DNA of 64,000 nucleotides, from assembly GCA_951406725.2 (NCBI GenBank), contig OX597839.1, positions 29,512,001 to 29,576,000 of the forward strand, read 5' to 3'. Under the pieces are notes generated by a model, which searched no databases, was not told where the DNA came from, and worked only from the letters and a program-made list of their open reading frames with translations. Shown piece after piece: positions 1 to 13,134 of the stretch. Source of the DNA: Octopus vulgaris (lineage: Eukaryota). The stretch's first letter is position 1; every line of letters starts with the position of its first letter. Both the position numbers and the translations under genes were made by a program.

Positions 1-39
1 AATTTTACATTTTGGCCGGGAAGTCCACCGGCGAGACCG

Positions 40-900
40 TACGAATTTACTGGGTATTTAAGAAGGGTCTTCCACACTCAACTTGCTCACCACATCTTTC
101 CATCTTTTCTCGTATATACTTCGCGACAGGCGTCCTCTCTCCAGCCCTATCTTGCTTTTCAGATGAAGTTGTAGAGCAAACCAGGGCCAGAAATAAAGGT
201 TCCCCTCGCGACTCCTTTCATCCTCGTTTTCCATATACACTTCCAAAATCGTAACTGTGCATAACAAACTGGCCTCACCTTCCTTTGAAAGTCCTTTGAC
301 AGTCCGCGTAAACTATCAGGCCTGAAATCTCGGGACAACGAACAAGTGCGTGCGGGACGGTGTCCTCATAAGGCGGCGAGCTGGCAGAAGCGTTAGCACG
401 CCGGGCGAAATGCTTAGCGATATTTCGTCTGTCTTTACGTTCTGAGTTCAAATTCCGCCGAGGTCGACTTTGCCTTTCATTCTTTCGGGGTCGATTAAAT
501 AAGTACCAGTTACGCACTGGAGTCGATATAATCGACTTAATCCGTTTGTCTGTCCTTCTTTGTCCCCTCTGTGTTTAGCCCCTTGTGGGTAGTAAAGAAA
601 TAGGTATCCTCATCCCGCCTGCACCTTGGGCAAGCTGGTGGTACAGACATGCCGTGTCTGGACAGTTTATCACGAACAAGTAAAGCATTCCTATATAACT
701 GCCACGTCAGGGATTTCTGGTAGGTATCCAGATAACCCGACCCGAAGGTTCTTTTAAACGGGTTGGCCAGCCGGTCCTCATCGAGTCCCAGAAGCTCTCC
801 CAGGACGTCATCTCTCTTGGACTCCACCAGTCCGCTGCAGGCCTTGCCCGCCTTGTGGATGCGCACGAGTGCCAGTCGGCTCTCTTTTTGTCACTCAGTC
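40..900 (-). mobile_element. Tx1/L1-like non-LTR retrotransposon 3' fragment (ORF2 zf-RVT region), interrupted by a SINE
   Basis: Joining ORF 537..866 and ORF 275..517 across the SINE gives WQLYRNALLVRDKLSRHGMSVPPACPRCRRDEDTVPHALVRC (C-x2-C...H-x4-C, zf-RVT-like). The C-terminal tail is in ORF 58..267. It resembles the 3650-4200 fragment. Boundaries are approximate. Confidence 0.75.
370..603 (+). mobile_element. tRNA-derived SINE with Nin/Deu-like central domain, full length, with TSD
   Basis: Head AAGGCGGCGAGCTGGCAGAA, B-box GAGTTCAAATTCC, core GTCGACTTTGCCTTTCAT..TTTCGGGGTCGAT..AAGTACCAG. Flanked by GTGTCCTCAT (360-369) and GTATCCTCAT (604-613). Many copies occur in the window. Confidence 0.9.
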
Positions 901-1343
901 AGATAAGAGCAGGATGGCGATGAGAAGTGATCTCGAACGCAAATACAAATGCTTTCTCCAGTGACAAATCCACTGACCTCGAAAAAGGAGAAACAAGCAA
1001 TATTAAATCTCTGAGCGAGAATTAAACTGTAGCAGCTCCGACACCGTGAAGTATATTTGCCACCTAAATGTGGCTGACCCGTATGGGACGGTGCTACTGT
1101 AGTTTATAGCCCCAGGAAGACATCCCCTCTAGCTGGCTAACGACACACTGTCCCTGCCCGATCCGTATTTGCGAAGGGAAATCATCATATATACGTGTGT
1201 GTGTGTATGAGCTTGTAATAAGTGTATCTGGTTTTTACAGATAACATCTCCCCCCCTCCTGATGATCTGATGTCCCCGATGACAGATTAACTGAAACATT
1301 CGTTACATTGTATCTATTATAACTTGACATATAAACAAAAGTG

Positions 1344-1358
1344 TACACACACACAGAT

Positions 1359-1394
<36 letters not shown>

Positions 1395-1399
1395 GTATG

Positions 1400-1450
<51 letters not shown>

Positions 1451-1456
1451 TGTGTG

Positions 1457-1489
<33 letters not shown>

Positions 1490-1500
1490 GTATATATGTA

Positions 1501-1560
<60 letters not shown>

Positions 1561-1620
1561 AAAGAGATATAGATAGACAGACAGACAGATCGATAGAAAG
1601 ACATCAATAGATAGATACAG
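1344..1620. repeat. Compound microsatellite (CA)n/(TA)n/(TATG)n/(GATA)n
   Basis: Direct reading; source of spurious YI/HT ORFs. Confidence 0.95.
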
Positions 1621-2046
1621 AGGTAGATATTTCTGCATAAGTATATATGGCACAAAATATGTTCTACAAAAGTTCTGCAAGACCATTTCGGTTTCATTAT
1701 TAAAACCAGAAATAAAATCGATATTCATGTGAAACCAAGAAAGTGACTGCATAAATCTTCAATTTATGACATTCAAAAATATTCATATTCGGGTGAAATC
1801 CAATTCCATGATTCTACAACTAAATGCAACTGGCGTGTATTGACTTACTCTGTGTAGAGTTCTCCTTACAGAAAAAAAACTTTAGTGAGAGACGTTTCTT
1901 CACATGGAATCTCAAGAAAAGTGATAATGAACACGTAGATCTCTGTCAAGGCACGTATGTATATCACCTCGACATTTTATGTATCGGACGACTCTGCCAA
2001 TGTCAGTGTGTTTGTATGCCTACACCCACACAAACACACCCATACC

Positions 2047-2107
<61 letters not shown>

Positions 2108-2316
2108 GTGTGTGATGCGTTAATATGTAGACAATGCTTGTACTTCAAGCATTTAATGCATATTCTCTTACAAAATTGGAAATCTTCAGTATTTTCTCTT
2201 CCTTCATAAATAAAATATATAGTTTTCTTTTTGTACCGAGACATCATTCTGGGTAACATAATATACAAAATATACTTGCAGTGTAGAGACGTTGTCTATA
2301 CTTTAATATACTCTAC

Positions 2317-2356
<40 letters not shown>

Positions 2357-2358
<2 letters not shown>

Positions 2359-2720
2359 TTGGATGGAACCTACACTCGCCTCCTTATGAGAGCTCAAAAT
2401 CTCTCGTGGAAGGCGCCATCCAACTAAAATGCAAATATATGGGAAATTACCACCTGTGTCATCTCTTGTGAAGGGTAGGAGAGTCCAGTTTGCTGGACAT
2501 TGTTGTAGAGCTGAAAAAGAAGTAATTTCTACTCTTCTCCTCTGGAAGCCATCTACTCGCAACACCAGAGGGCGCACACTCTCCTACCCTGATGTAATCT
2601 CCAGGGATACAGGCATCCAGCAACAGGACCTCCGTAATGCTATGATGGACCGTGAAGTCTGGCGCAACATGGTAAATTCCATTGTCTCGACCACGGTCGA
2701 ACAATGATGATGAATGATGT
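2357..2720 (+). mobile_element. RTE-clade LINE 3' end
   Basis: ORF 2429..2707 carries RRVQFAGHCCR...LLLWKP...GRTLSYPD...DREVWR, typical of the RTE ORF2 C-terminus. It is followed by a short (TGA)n tail. Confidence 0.75.
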
Positions 2721-2840
2721 ATGTATTTATATATACATATATATATAAACCTACATATTCATAGCATCACAAAAGTATCCCCAAGTTATGGTCTACAAGG
2801 TAGCAACATACAATATATTTTATAAATATGCATTTATTGT

Positions 2841-3096
2841 GGAGGCGCGTGGCTTAGTGGTTAGGGTGTCAGCACCATAAACGTAAGATTGTGGTTTCGA
2901 TTCCTGGACTGGGCGACGCATTGTGTTCTTGAGCAAAACACTTCATTTCATGTTGCTCCAGTCCACTCAGCTGGCAAAAATGAGAACGCTGCGATGGACT
3001 GGCGTCCCGTCCAGCTGGGGAACCCATACGCCATAGAAACCAGGAAACCGGGCCCACAAGCCTGGCTAGGCTTTAAAAAGGGCGCATTATTAAAAT
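2841..3096 (+). mobile_element. tRNA-derived SINE (Meta-like body, V-like 3' module) with 14-bp TSD
   Basis: A-box TGGCTTAGTGG, B-box GGTTTCGATTCC, body GTGTTCTTGAGCAAAACACTT...CAGTCCACTCAGCTG, 3' module CTGCGATGGACTGGCGTCCCGTCCAG. Perfect TSD TATGCATTTATTGT at 2827-2840 and 3097-3110. Domain names are from recall, not alignment. Confidence 0.85.
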
Positions 3097-3649
3097 TATG
3101 CATTTATTGTTGCTGCGAAATATATTATACATTTAGTTTGAGTTGTGTGTAATCAACAGCAGGCTAACTCAGATCCATGATGCTGAAAGTTTCGTGGTCG
3201 CAAAACACGTCCCCACATCAGATGTTCGGAGTCAGGATGGTGAGAATTTAAAGTAAATTTAAAATTGCTTCTAGATGAGAGCATGCAGGCTTCTATTGGT
3301 CAGTTTAGGTCCCATAGATAATTTAGCTACCTAGAACGTCATTAGTACTTTCTGCGGAGGGCAATCAAGATGTTGGCATCAGTTAGTCAACATTCTGTTG
3401 CATGTGATATTTCAGTGGTAAAAGTTACTACGTGCAGAAGCAACCAGTAGCACAGTGCTATGCATTGAAAGAAAACCAGACAATTTCTTTATTAACCATG
3501 AGGTTGAGAAAAAGAGGGGACGATACGAGGACAGACGAAACAAACATTGGGGTCAGGGTATCGAATGAGACGAAACGTATGAATAAACAAACAATTAAAA
3601 TATATACAATTAAATGAGAATGAGTGATTAACAAAAAAATAGAGCGGAG

Positions 3650-4200
3650 GACGCGGTCGACCCCACAAACCACATACTCACACTGAAGACTTTGCTTTCT
3701 CCTTTTTATATTCTCGTTCAAACAGGTTCTTTCACTCGCAACATACTTGCTGTAGACTTCCATCTTTTACGAAACACACTTTGCGACAGGCATTTCTTCT
3801 CCAGCCTTATTTTCCGTTTCATGTGGAAAACGAAAAAGTTGATTAGCTCGAGACTGGAGATAAACATGCCTGTTGCAATTCCTTTCACTCTCGTCTTCCA
3901 TACTGCCTCTTTCGCCACAGCAACTACCGAGAGAAAACAGGCTCGCCCCTCCCTATTCAGGGAGGTCGGCGGAACGATCTTAATTACAGATTCACTTGAC
4001 AGTTGTACTCTTCTCGAATGCGACAGCAGGTGTTCGACATAAGCCCAGAGCTCAGTCACCTTGGGGCATTGCATAATCGCGTGCAGGACAGTTTTACAGT
4101 CCTGCTCACATTTTGCACAAACCTGCGAAGGCGCACACCCATGTCAAAAGAGCTTATCTCGAACCGAGGCACAATAGTGCTGACTAAGACCAAGTCACAT
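3650..4200 (-). mobile_element. Tx1/L1-like non-LTR retrotransposon 3' fragment (zf-RVT and C-terminus)
   Basis: The minus strand reads VRDKLF*HGCAPSQVCAKCEQDCKTVLHAIMQCPKV and continues as ORF 3718..4074 (AKEAVWKTR...HMKRKIRLEK...FRKRW). The in-frame stop indicates decay. Confidence 0.75.
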
Positions 4201-5096
4201 AATTCAACCAATGAAATTCCTTCTCATCCTTCTGTATTCTAACACTGACTCCAGTTCCTATAAACCAAACGTTCTATACTCACAGAATTGTGTCTTGTAG
4301 ATTTATCTTTATAAATTCATCACAATTAATTTATATTGCAATAAATAACTCATCAGTAATTTCAACGCCTGATATTTTCCTTGCAAAGTAATTTCACCGC
4401 TAAAACGTGATCGGTAAATCCATTGTCATGACAAAACCACTGTCGCTAAATTTAAGGCCATGCTTTTTTATTTTTCTTATTTTTTTATCCACGGAGTAAA
4501 TGCATCGTTAAACATCGTACAACTTTTGCACTTGCAGAATTACACATCGCAAAACATTATAAAACGTTTTTATTCGCAAAGTAAATACGTCACATTCATT
4601 AACAATGGAAATGAAATTCACTGAGAGGAAAAAAAAGTATTAATATCAAATTTACTCAATGTTTCCACAGAAAAAAAACAAAAGAAAAGAAAGAAAGAAT
4701 CGAGCAAATCATAGTTTTTACAAAAGAATCACAAAAAATGCTGAGTGGAAAGAAGATAGCACCATATTAAATTGAAGGAAGGGCATATCTACAATAAATA
4801 TATTAATGGACATTTACTAAGCTATATAATATAATAATAGCAATAATATTATACTATTAATTTTATTATTATCATTGTTATCATTAACACAAAACAATAT
4901 AATATAACGTGTTTTTAATGAAAGATTTCAGAAGGCAAATCAAGCATTGGAAATGCATTGAGATGTTGCCAAATCGCATAAACGGGCGATTCATTGTGAT
5001 AATTTAAACAAAATTTAAATAAATTTAAATATCATTTCAGATATCAGCCGTAATTAGAATGATTATGAAATAAACATTCCGGAATAGGATTTCACT

Positions 5097-5128
<32 letters not shown>

Positions 5129-5138
5129 GTGCATGTCC

Positions 5139-5170
<32 letters not shown>

Positions 5171-5440
5171 TGTATGTATGTATGTATGTATGTATGTATG
5201 TGTATGTATGTGTATGTATGTATATGTGTGTGCGTATGTATGTATGTGTGTGTATGTATGTGTGTGTGTATGTATGTATATGTGTGTGTGTATGTATGCA
5301 TGTATGTATGTATGTGTGTGTATGTATGTATGTATGTGAGTGTATGTGTGTATGTATGTACACACACATATATACACATACATATATATATATATGTATC
5401 TATCTATGTATACGCACGCATACATATGTATGTGTGTATG

Positions 5441-5496
<56 letters not shown>

Positions 5497-5522
5497 TAGA
5501 CAGACAGACAAACAGATAGAGA
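5097..5522. repeat. Compound microsatellite (TG)n/(TATG)n/(TA)n/(GA)n
   Basis: Direct reading. Confidence 0.95.
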
Positions 5523-5527
5523 AGTCA

Positions 5528-5800
5528 TGTGGCTAGGTAGTTAGGGTGTTGCATGCACGATCGCAGGATCGTGCTTTCGATTCCTGGAACGGGTAGTGTG
5601 CTGCGTTCTGCAGTAAAACACGTTGCTATGTAATCCCTTCAACACCTGACGCGTGCCGCACTTGTGCACCTGTTCAGGCAACATCGATTTAACGGAGGGA
5701 GCGAGCTTGGGTACAGCACATACATTTGGATCGCTAAAAGCAAATCATCTGTGCAGGTTGTCCAGCAAGAAGATACGGAACCTTCATTTTGTTGTCTAGG
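5528..5800 (+). mobile_element. Degenerate tRNA-derived SINE
   Basis: Head GTGGCTAGGTAGTTAGGGTGTT...GCTTTCGATTCCTGGA resembles the head of the 2841 element; the body has diverged. Confidence 0.55.
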
Positions 5801-5839
5801 ATAGTAGTGTTCCTGATGTATATATATAAGTCAGAACTA

Positions 5840-6060
5840 CCTGTTCCATGGTCGAGTGGTGGGGCGACTAAACAGGCTATCCCACCTGAGTAGCTTGCTA
5901 CTCATGCGAGGAAGGTGTCTGGACATCCAGCAGGACTAAAAACAAACCTGTCAAAGGACGGATGAGCTCCTTGAGGGCCAATGGCCATCCGGTTGGAGAA
6001 GGCAATGGCACACCACCCCAAAATCCTTGCCAAGAAAACACTATGGGAAAAACAGAACAA
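5840..6060 (+). mobile_element. RTE/BovB-like LINE 5' region fragment
   Basis: GGAGAAGGCAATGGCACACCACCCCAAAATCCTTGCCAAGAAAACACTATGG closely resembles the conserved RTE/BovB 5' motif GGAGAAGGNAATGGCA..CCACTCCAGTAT..TTGCC..GAAAA..CCATGG (recalled). Confidence 0.6.
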
Positions 6061-7107
6061 AGTAACTCTATGGCTCCATTCGATGGGAAAAGCTGGCGCT
6101 TCATCCAGTTGGGAGAACCTGCGCTTAATCGAGAAAACTTTCGTTGTAATATCATCAACGATTTGAAAACAATATACGATAGATGACGACGAATGTTATT
6201 GATTGATGTTGCGGTATCTATACTTGTTTCCTGTTTTGCGTCATAACGTGCTTCTTGCTGTAAATGCATGGTTAATCAATGACAAAGTGTCGCTGTTGTG
6301 TGCCCGATCTGACAGTCTGAGTTATGGACTTTATAACTTTTGTGTATCCAATGAAATTCCAAAATTTCTATATTACATTCAGTGACAAAAGAACGTTCTG
6401 TCGCCAATAATGTGTGGTTTCATATCGATGAGAATGCTGTTATTTTGAATGGGGTTTGTATTTTTTCAATAATATATTCTGTTATTTTGTGGTTGGAGGC
6501 GATATATGCTATGTTCTGTCTCATGAAATCATTTTTAATGGCGTATTCATCCACTCGCTAGAGTAAATTCTAGGTTTTATGATATATACCATGTCTGATT
6601 TGTGTTATACAGGGTGTGAATTTGTTCTGGTATTGTTCTAAAGCACAGTTTGTTTCCCATTCCCTTCGCTCATCTCTTTAATTCTTTCTTTTTCTCTCTC
6701 TCTCCCTCTCTCTCTCTGTCTCTACATACGTACATAACTGGTTAAAAGAAAGTGTGAAAAGCCACAAAAACACACCACGTTATCAGTTAACAAAACGCGT
6801 TATGTGACTACCATTAACTCTAATCCAATTGCAACGGCGACATGATTTTTTGTTTGTTTTAATTTTATTTGGTTTGCAGTAAACTAAAAGATATATAGAA
6901 CGAATGCTGCACAAAAATGTGTGTATTTTATGCTCCTTCATACAACAACCCAGCTACCAAATACGATTACAACAGTTCTGCAGTAAATGCTTCCGTTGAC
7001 GTAATACCTTTTGTTCATCCACTTACAGCAGGTTTCGCAAAATGCAGTTTGACGGTATTCCTACGCATTTTCCTATTGATTTAGCCATAGTTCGGTTCCT
7101 AATATTT

Positions 7108-7108
<1 letters not shown>

Positions 7109-7162
<54 letters not shown>

Positions 7163-7180
7163 TACTACTACTACTACTAC

Positions 7181-7258
<78 letters not shown>

Positions 7259-7308
7259 CATCATCATCGTCGTAGTCGTCGTCGTCATCATCGTCATCAT
7301 CATCATCA
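7109..7308. repeat. Trinucleotide microsatellite (TAT)n/(TAC)n/(CAT)n
   Basis: Direct reading. Confidence 0.95.
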
Positions 7309-7539
7309 ACGCCGAATTGGCAGAGTCGTTTGGGTAGCAGAAAATGCTTTGTGGTATCTTCCCGTTTCCTTACGCTCTGTATATACGTAATGTGAGATAA
7401 TAGTTTCACTATGTATATATTATATACATAGTGAAAGTATTAATAGTGACATTATTATCTCACATTACAATAGAGATGTTATTGTTTCACTTTTCACACG
7501 TAATACCGAAACAGCGTAAGAGATTGCTCCGGGCTCGCA

Positions 7540-7678
7540 TTAGGCAAGAATTTGAAAATTCTTTTCGCCCATGACACTCCATGGACCCTACGTGGTGCAT
7601 GTGTAAAAGTTGAATGAAATTGGTTGGGTAGTTCTCGAGTTTTAGGGCTGCAGACAGATACATACACACATTCTCGGT

Positions 7679-7690
<12 letters not shown>
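7540..7690 (+). mobile_element. Helentron-associated (HINE/DINE-like) non-autonomous element 3' end
   Basis: AAGTTGAATGAAATTGGTTGGGTAGTTCTCGAGTTTTAG...CAGACAGATACATACACAC...ATTCTC followed by (TA)n matches the generic layout of these elements. Confidence 0.45.
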
Positions 7691-7741
<51 letters not shown>

Positions 7742-8185
7742 CACATAAGGATAAGCATATTAAAAACGGTCATTTAAATAGAAGGGTTGAGAACCACTGC
7801 TCTAGTGGTTAGGGTGTTGCAAGGGTTATGGGTATTGTCCTTTCCTCCGCATCAAGTAAGTAATAAATAAATAAAAATAGGCAATAAGCCACAACAACAA
7901 CGGCAAGAGCTAACCATGGAACCCGTAACGTTCGATCAGCTAAAAATAGTACTTAAATTTCCCTCAAATCACGTCATACTGTGTTCCAAAGAAATCAAGG
8001 GCGCATCGGATAACATGGCCCTAACTGCAAATAAATTGAACGACTTCTATGCCATGTGCCTCAGAATACTTCTTGGTACAAGGTGGCAAAACAAAATCCC
8101 AGACACTGAGGTGATCACGGGTGCTAGTGTGTCCAGCATCTACACCACCCTGATGCGATTATGGTTTCGCTTGACAGGCCGTGTT

Positions 8186-8394
8186 CGAGGGGGATGCTGA
8201 AAAGTTCCTGGGTTTAAGGGTTTCATGAAAGGCCTGGCGGGAGGCCCAACCTTCCGAGTTCTTTTACAGGGCTTAGAAAAACTTAAGGACCGCTGCAATA
8301 AATGTGTAAATCTGAGGGGAGAATATGCTGAATAAAATTATAATTAACTGATGGCCCTTTTACCCAAAGTCAGGACCTTTTTAGCATCCTCTCG
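8186..8394 (+). mobile_element. Mariner-derived MITE, copy 1
   Basis: Termini CGAGGGGGATGCTGAAAAGTTCCTG / CAGGACCTTTTTAGCATCCTCTCG are imperfect inverted repeats. The interior reads FFLQGLEKLKDRCNKCVNLRGEYAE*, a mariner transposase C-terminus. Confidence 0.8.
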
Positions 8395-8404
8395 TGTGTG
8401 TATA

Positions 8405-8628
8405 CGGGTGAGTGCTGAAAAGTTACTGGCTTTAAGGGCATCACGAAAGGCCTGGTGGGAGGACCAACCTTCTAAATTCTTTTACAGGACTTAGGAAAGC
8501 TGAAAGACCTCTGCAATAAGTGTGTGAATCTAAGAGGAGAATATGTTGAATAAAAGCAGAATTAACTGATCCTCATCCAGTATTTTCTTTTACTCAAGGC
8601 TACGAGCTTTTCTGCACCCCCCCCCTCG
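8405..8628 (+). mobile_element. Mariner-derived MITE, copy 2
   Basis: Diverged direct repeat of 8186-8394, flanked by TA (8403-8404, 8629-8630). Confidence 0.8.
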
Positions 8629-9309
8629 TAGTTTGCATATCTGACCCCCGGCATCCGAAGAAAGAAATGCATGAAAGTAATGCTTCCAGGGAAGCAAGAA
8701 AATGTGCTTCAAAGACACGATGAAAGCTTCTTTAAAGGCTTTCAGCATCGAACCATGTTACATGAGAGTAGGTAACTCAGGAAAGAAGTAAGTGGGGATG
8801 AGATGATTGCAAGGGAGGTACAAACCCGCCAAGCCAACCAGGTGACTGCGATTGAGCATCGAAGATAGGACAGGAAAACTAGCACTAACAAATCTCCAAA
8901 TGCTCCCACCATTCCCTGTTCACGCTGCCAGAGAACCTTCCGAGTGCGGCTTGGCCTGGTCAATCTCCAAGGCACCCACAAAGCCCAACTTCAAGCCCAA
9001 CCCCACCATAACTACATGGTCCTTGTTACTCCGACGGATGAGCATACAAGAGGATAAAGACAGTTGTCATGATTGGAATGTCTTTGATCATAGGTTTACC
9101 TACTCAGAGCTGTCCTGGGGCTAAACAATCGCACCCACAACAATTGGTTGACCGTAATGTGTCACGTGAATCAACACGTGACCGATGTCCATTTAACAAT
9201 AGTTTATTCTGTGAAAAGACATCCCTGCTTCTGAACAATTAAGTCACCCTCTTGTGGATTCATGGATGCCTCCTGCACTTTCAGCTTCTCTGGCACGCAT
9301 GGATTTATA

Positions 9310-11035
<1,726 letters not shown>

Positions 11036-11160
11036 AGCATTGTTTTACTCTCTACGTATTAGCATTTGTAACGAGTTAGCAATCGTTTAGCTTTGAAAGG
11101 TGTGTGCCTGTATGTATGTGTGTGTGTTTCAATGCACATATACATCTATCTATCTATCTC

Positions 11161-11192
<32 letters not shown>

Positions 11193-11565
11193 CGTGTGTT
11201 GTGTATATACATACATATCTACACACACACACACATATATATGCATGCCATGCACACACTTATAGATATTTCTATACTTATATACAAACATACACACACA
11301 TATATATGTACAGGTATTTATACACACACACACACAAACGCGGGCGCGCACACACACACATTACGGATGTCACGTACTTAATGTGTGTTGTGTTTATACG
11401 GTTATTAGCTGCGAGATTTGACAAATTCCTTTAAGATGGCGAGTGCTAATAGAAACGCTGATCATCTCAAACAAGACGAAGCGAATTGACCCGCAGATGA
11501 ACGACGACGGTGGATATCGATATTTCACTGTCATTTCCGCTCATCAGTACCATATACCCGGAGTG

Positions 11566-11617
<52 letters not shown>

Positions 11618-11622
11618 TGTGT

Positions 11623-11912
11623 GGAGGCGCAGTGGCCCAGTGGTTAGGGCAGCAGACTCGCGCTCGTAGGATCGCGGTTTCGATTCTCAGACCGGGCGTT
11701 GTGAGTGTTTATTGAGCGGAAACACCTGAAGTTCCACGAGGCTTCAGCAGGAGGTGGTGGCGATTCCTGCTGTATTTTTTCGCCGCAACTTTCTTCTGTT
11801 GGCCTGCTCGCTTAGCCAGCCGGGTGGCGTCATTTGAAGGCTAAAACAATGCGAAGCGCATTGTGACCAGCGATGTGTAGCAACATCTGATAGCCGGGTC
11901 GGTCACGGTGAT
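11623..11912 (+). mobile_element. tRNA-derived SINE (family shared with 53546-53835)
   Basis: A-box TGGCCCAGTGG, B-box GGTTTCGATTC; colinear with the 53546 copy through the tail GCATTGTGACCAGCGATGTGTAGCAACATCTGATAGCC. Confidence 0.9.
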
Positions 11913-11925
11913 ATATATATTTATA

Positions 11926-12000
<75 letters not shown>

Positions 12001-12139
12001 GTATGTATATGTGTATATGTGTATACATATGTATATATATATGTGTATATATAAATATATATGTATGGATGTATATATATATGTATATATATGTATATAT
12101 ATATATGTATATATATGTATATATATATTTATTTATTTA

Positions 12140-12194
<55 letters not shown>

Positions 12195-12362
12195 ACATTC
12201 GAGGCTTTCTTCCAAGGAATCTAATGCGCTTGGCCAGGTCGGAGCAATCTCAAGATTAATCAGCCGAAATTGCGAAGATGATCCGGTTCTTGACTGAAGA
12301 TCGAAGGCCTCGAATGTCCCGTTCGTTTTTTGTATCGTCTTCTAAATGTTTTGTGTTTTTGT

Positions 12363-12434
<72 letters not shown>

Positions 12435-12856
12435 CAATTGTTAGCAAGGATAAAGTATTTCGTTTTGCAACTACAATATTATGGTTGCAAAAACGAAATA
12501 GTTTGTCCTTGATAGCAATTCATATTTACGTACCAGGTGTTAGAAACACGTTTAATATGTAAATTGGTCTATTCAATAAAGTTACACCGCTGAACTTAGT
12601 GGCGTGACTAAGCAATGTAGTCGTGGATAGTTGATGGGTTGGATTTGGTGCTGATGAAAGAGCAATAATTCTTGAAATATCCATATACACCTATTACCTA
12701 CTTTTTCCTGTCTCCGATCGCATTGTTTACACTAACATATTTGTATACAAAACGTCGTAACTTTCAGTACTGGCTCTGAATGCTATAGAATATATCTATA
12801 CAATCAAGCATTGTTTTACTCTCTACGTATTGGCATTTGTAAAGATTTGTGGACAG

Positions 12857-12998
12857 CCTTAGCGGTTCGGCAAAAAAGACCGATATAATAAGTACTAGGC
12901 TTACAAAGAATAAGTCCTGGGATCGATTTGCTCGATTAAAGGCGGTGCTCCAGCATGGCCACAGTCAAATGACTAAAACAAGTAAAAGATATAAAAGA
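12857..12998 (+). mobile_element. OR-type (CORE-like) SINE, 3' fragment
   Basis: TTAGCGGTTCGGCAAAA..GACCGAT...AAGGCGGTGCTCCAGCATGGCC.CAGTCAAATGACT; matches the 3' half of the 46994 copy. Confidence 0.85.
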
Positions 12999-13014
12999 AA
13001 TTATTATTATTATA

Positions 13015-13074
<60 letters not shown>

Positions 13075-13134
13075 CATTATTATTATTATTATTATTGAGT
13101 GAGGAGCAATGCATGTCATCAAAGTGACACTGGT

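Larger units (their letters stand above)
8026..9050 (+). mobile_element. RTE/BovB-like LINE 3' fragment split by a MITE dimer
   Basis: KLNDFYAMCLRILLGTRWQNKIPDTEV...FRLTGRV up to 8185. It resumes after 8630 with ...KCFKDTMKASLKAFSIEP and ends with PCSRCQRTFRVRLGL (degenerate C-terminal zinc finger). Confidence 0.75.

Noticed and set aside
1258-1300. CTGATGA...GAAAC hammerhead-like core
   Set aside because: Stem II does not abut GAAA, and I could not build stems I and III with an NUH cleavage site.
7786-7799. hAT-like TIR GGTTGAGAACCACTG
   Set aside because: No partner TIR or TSD found nearby; too short to call an element.
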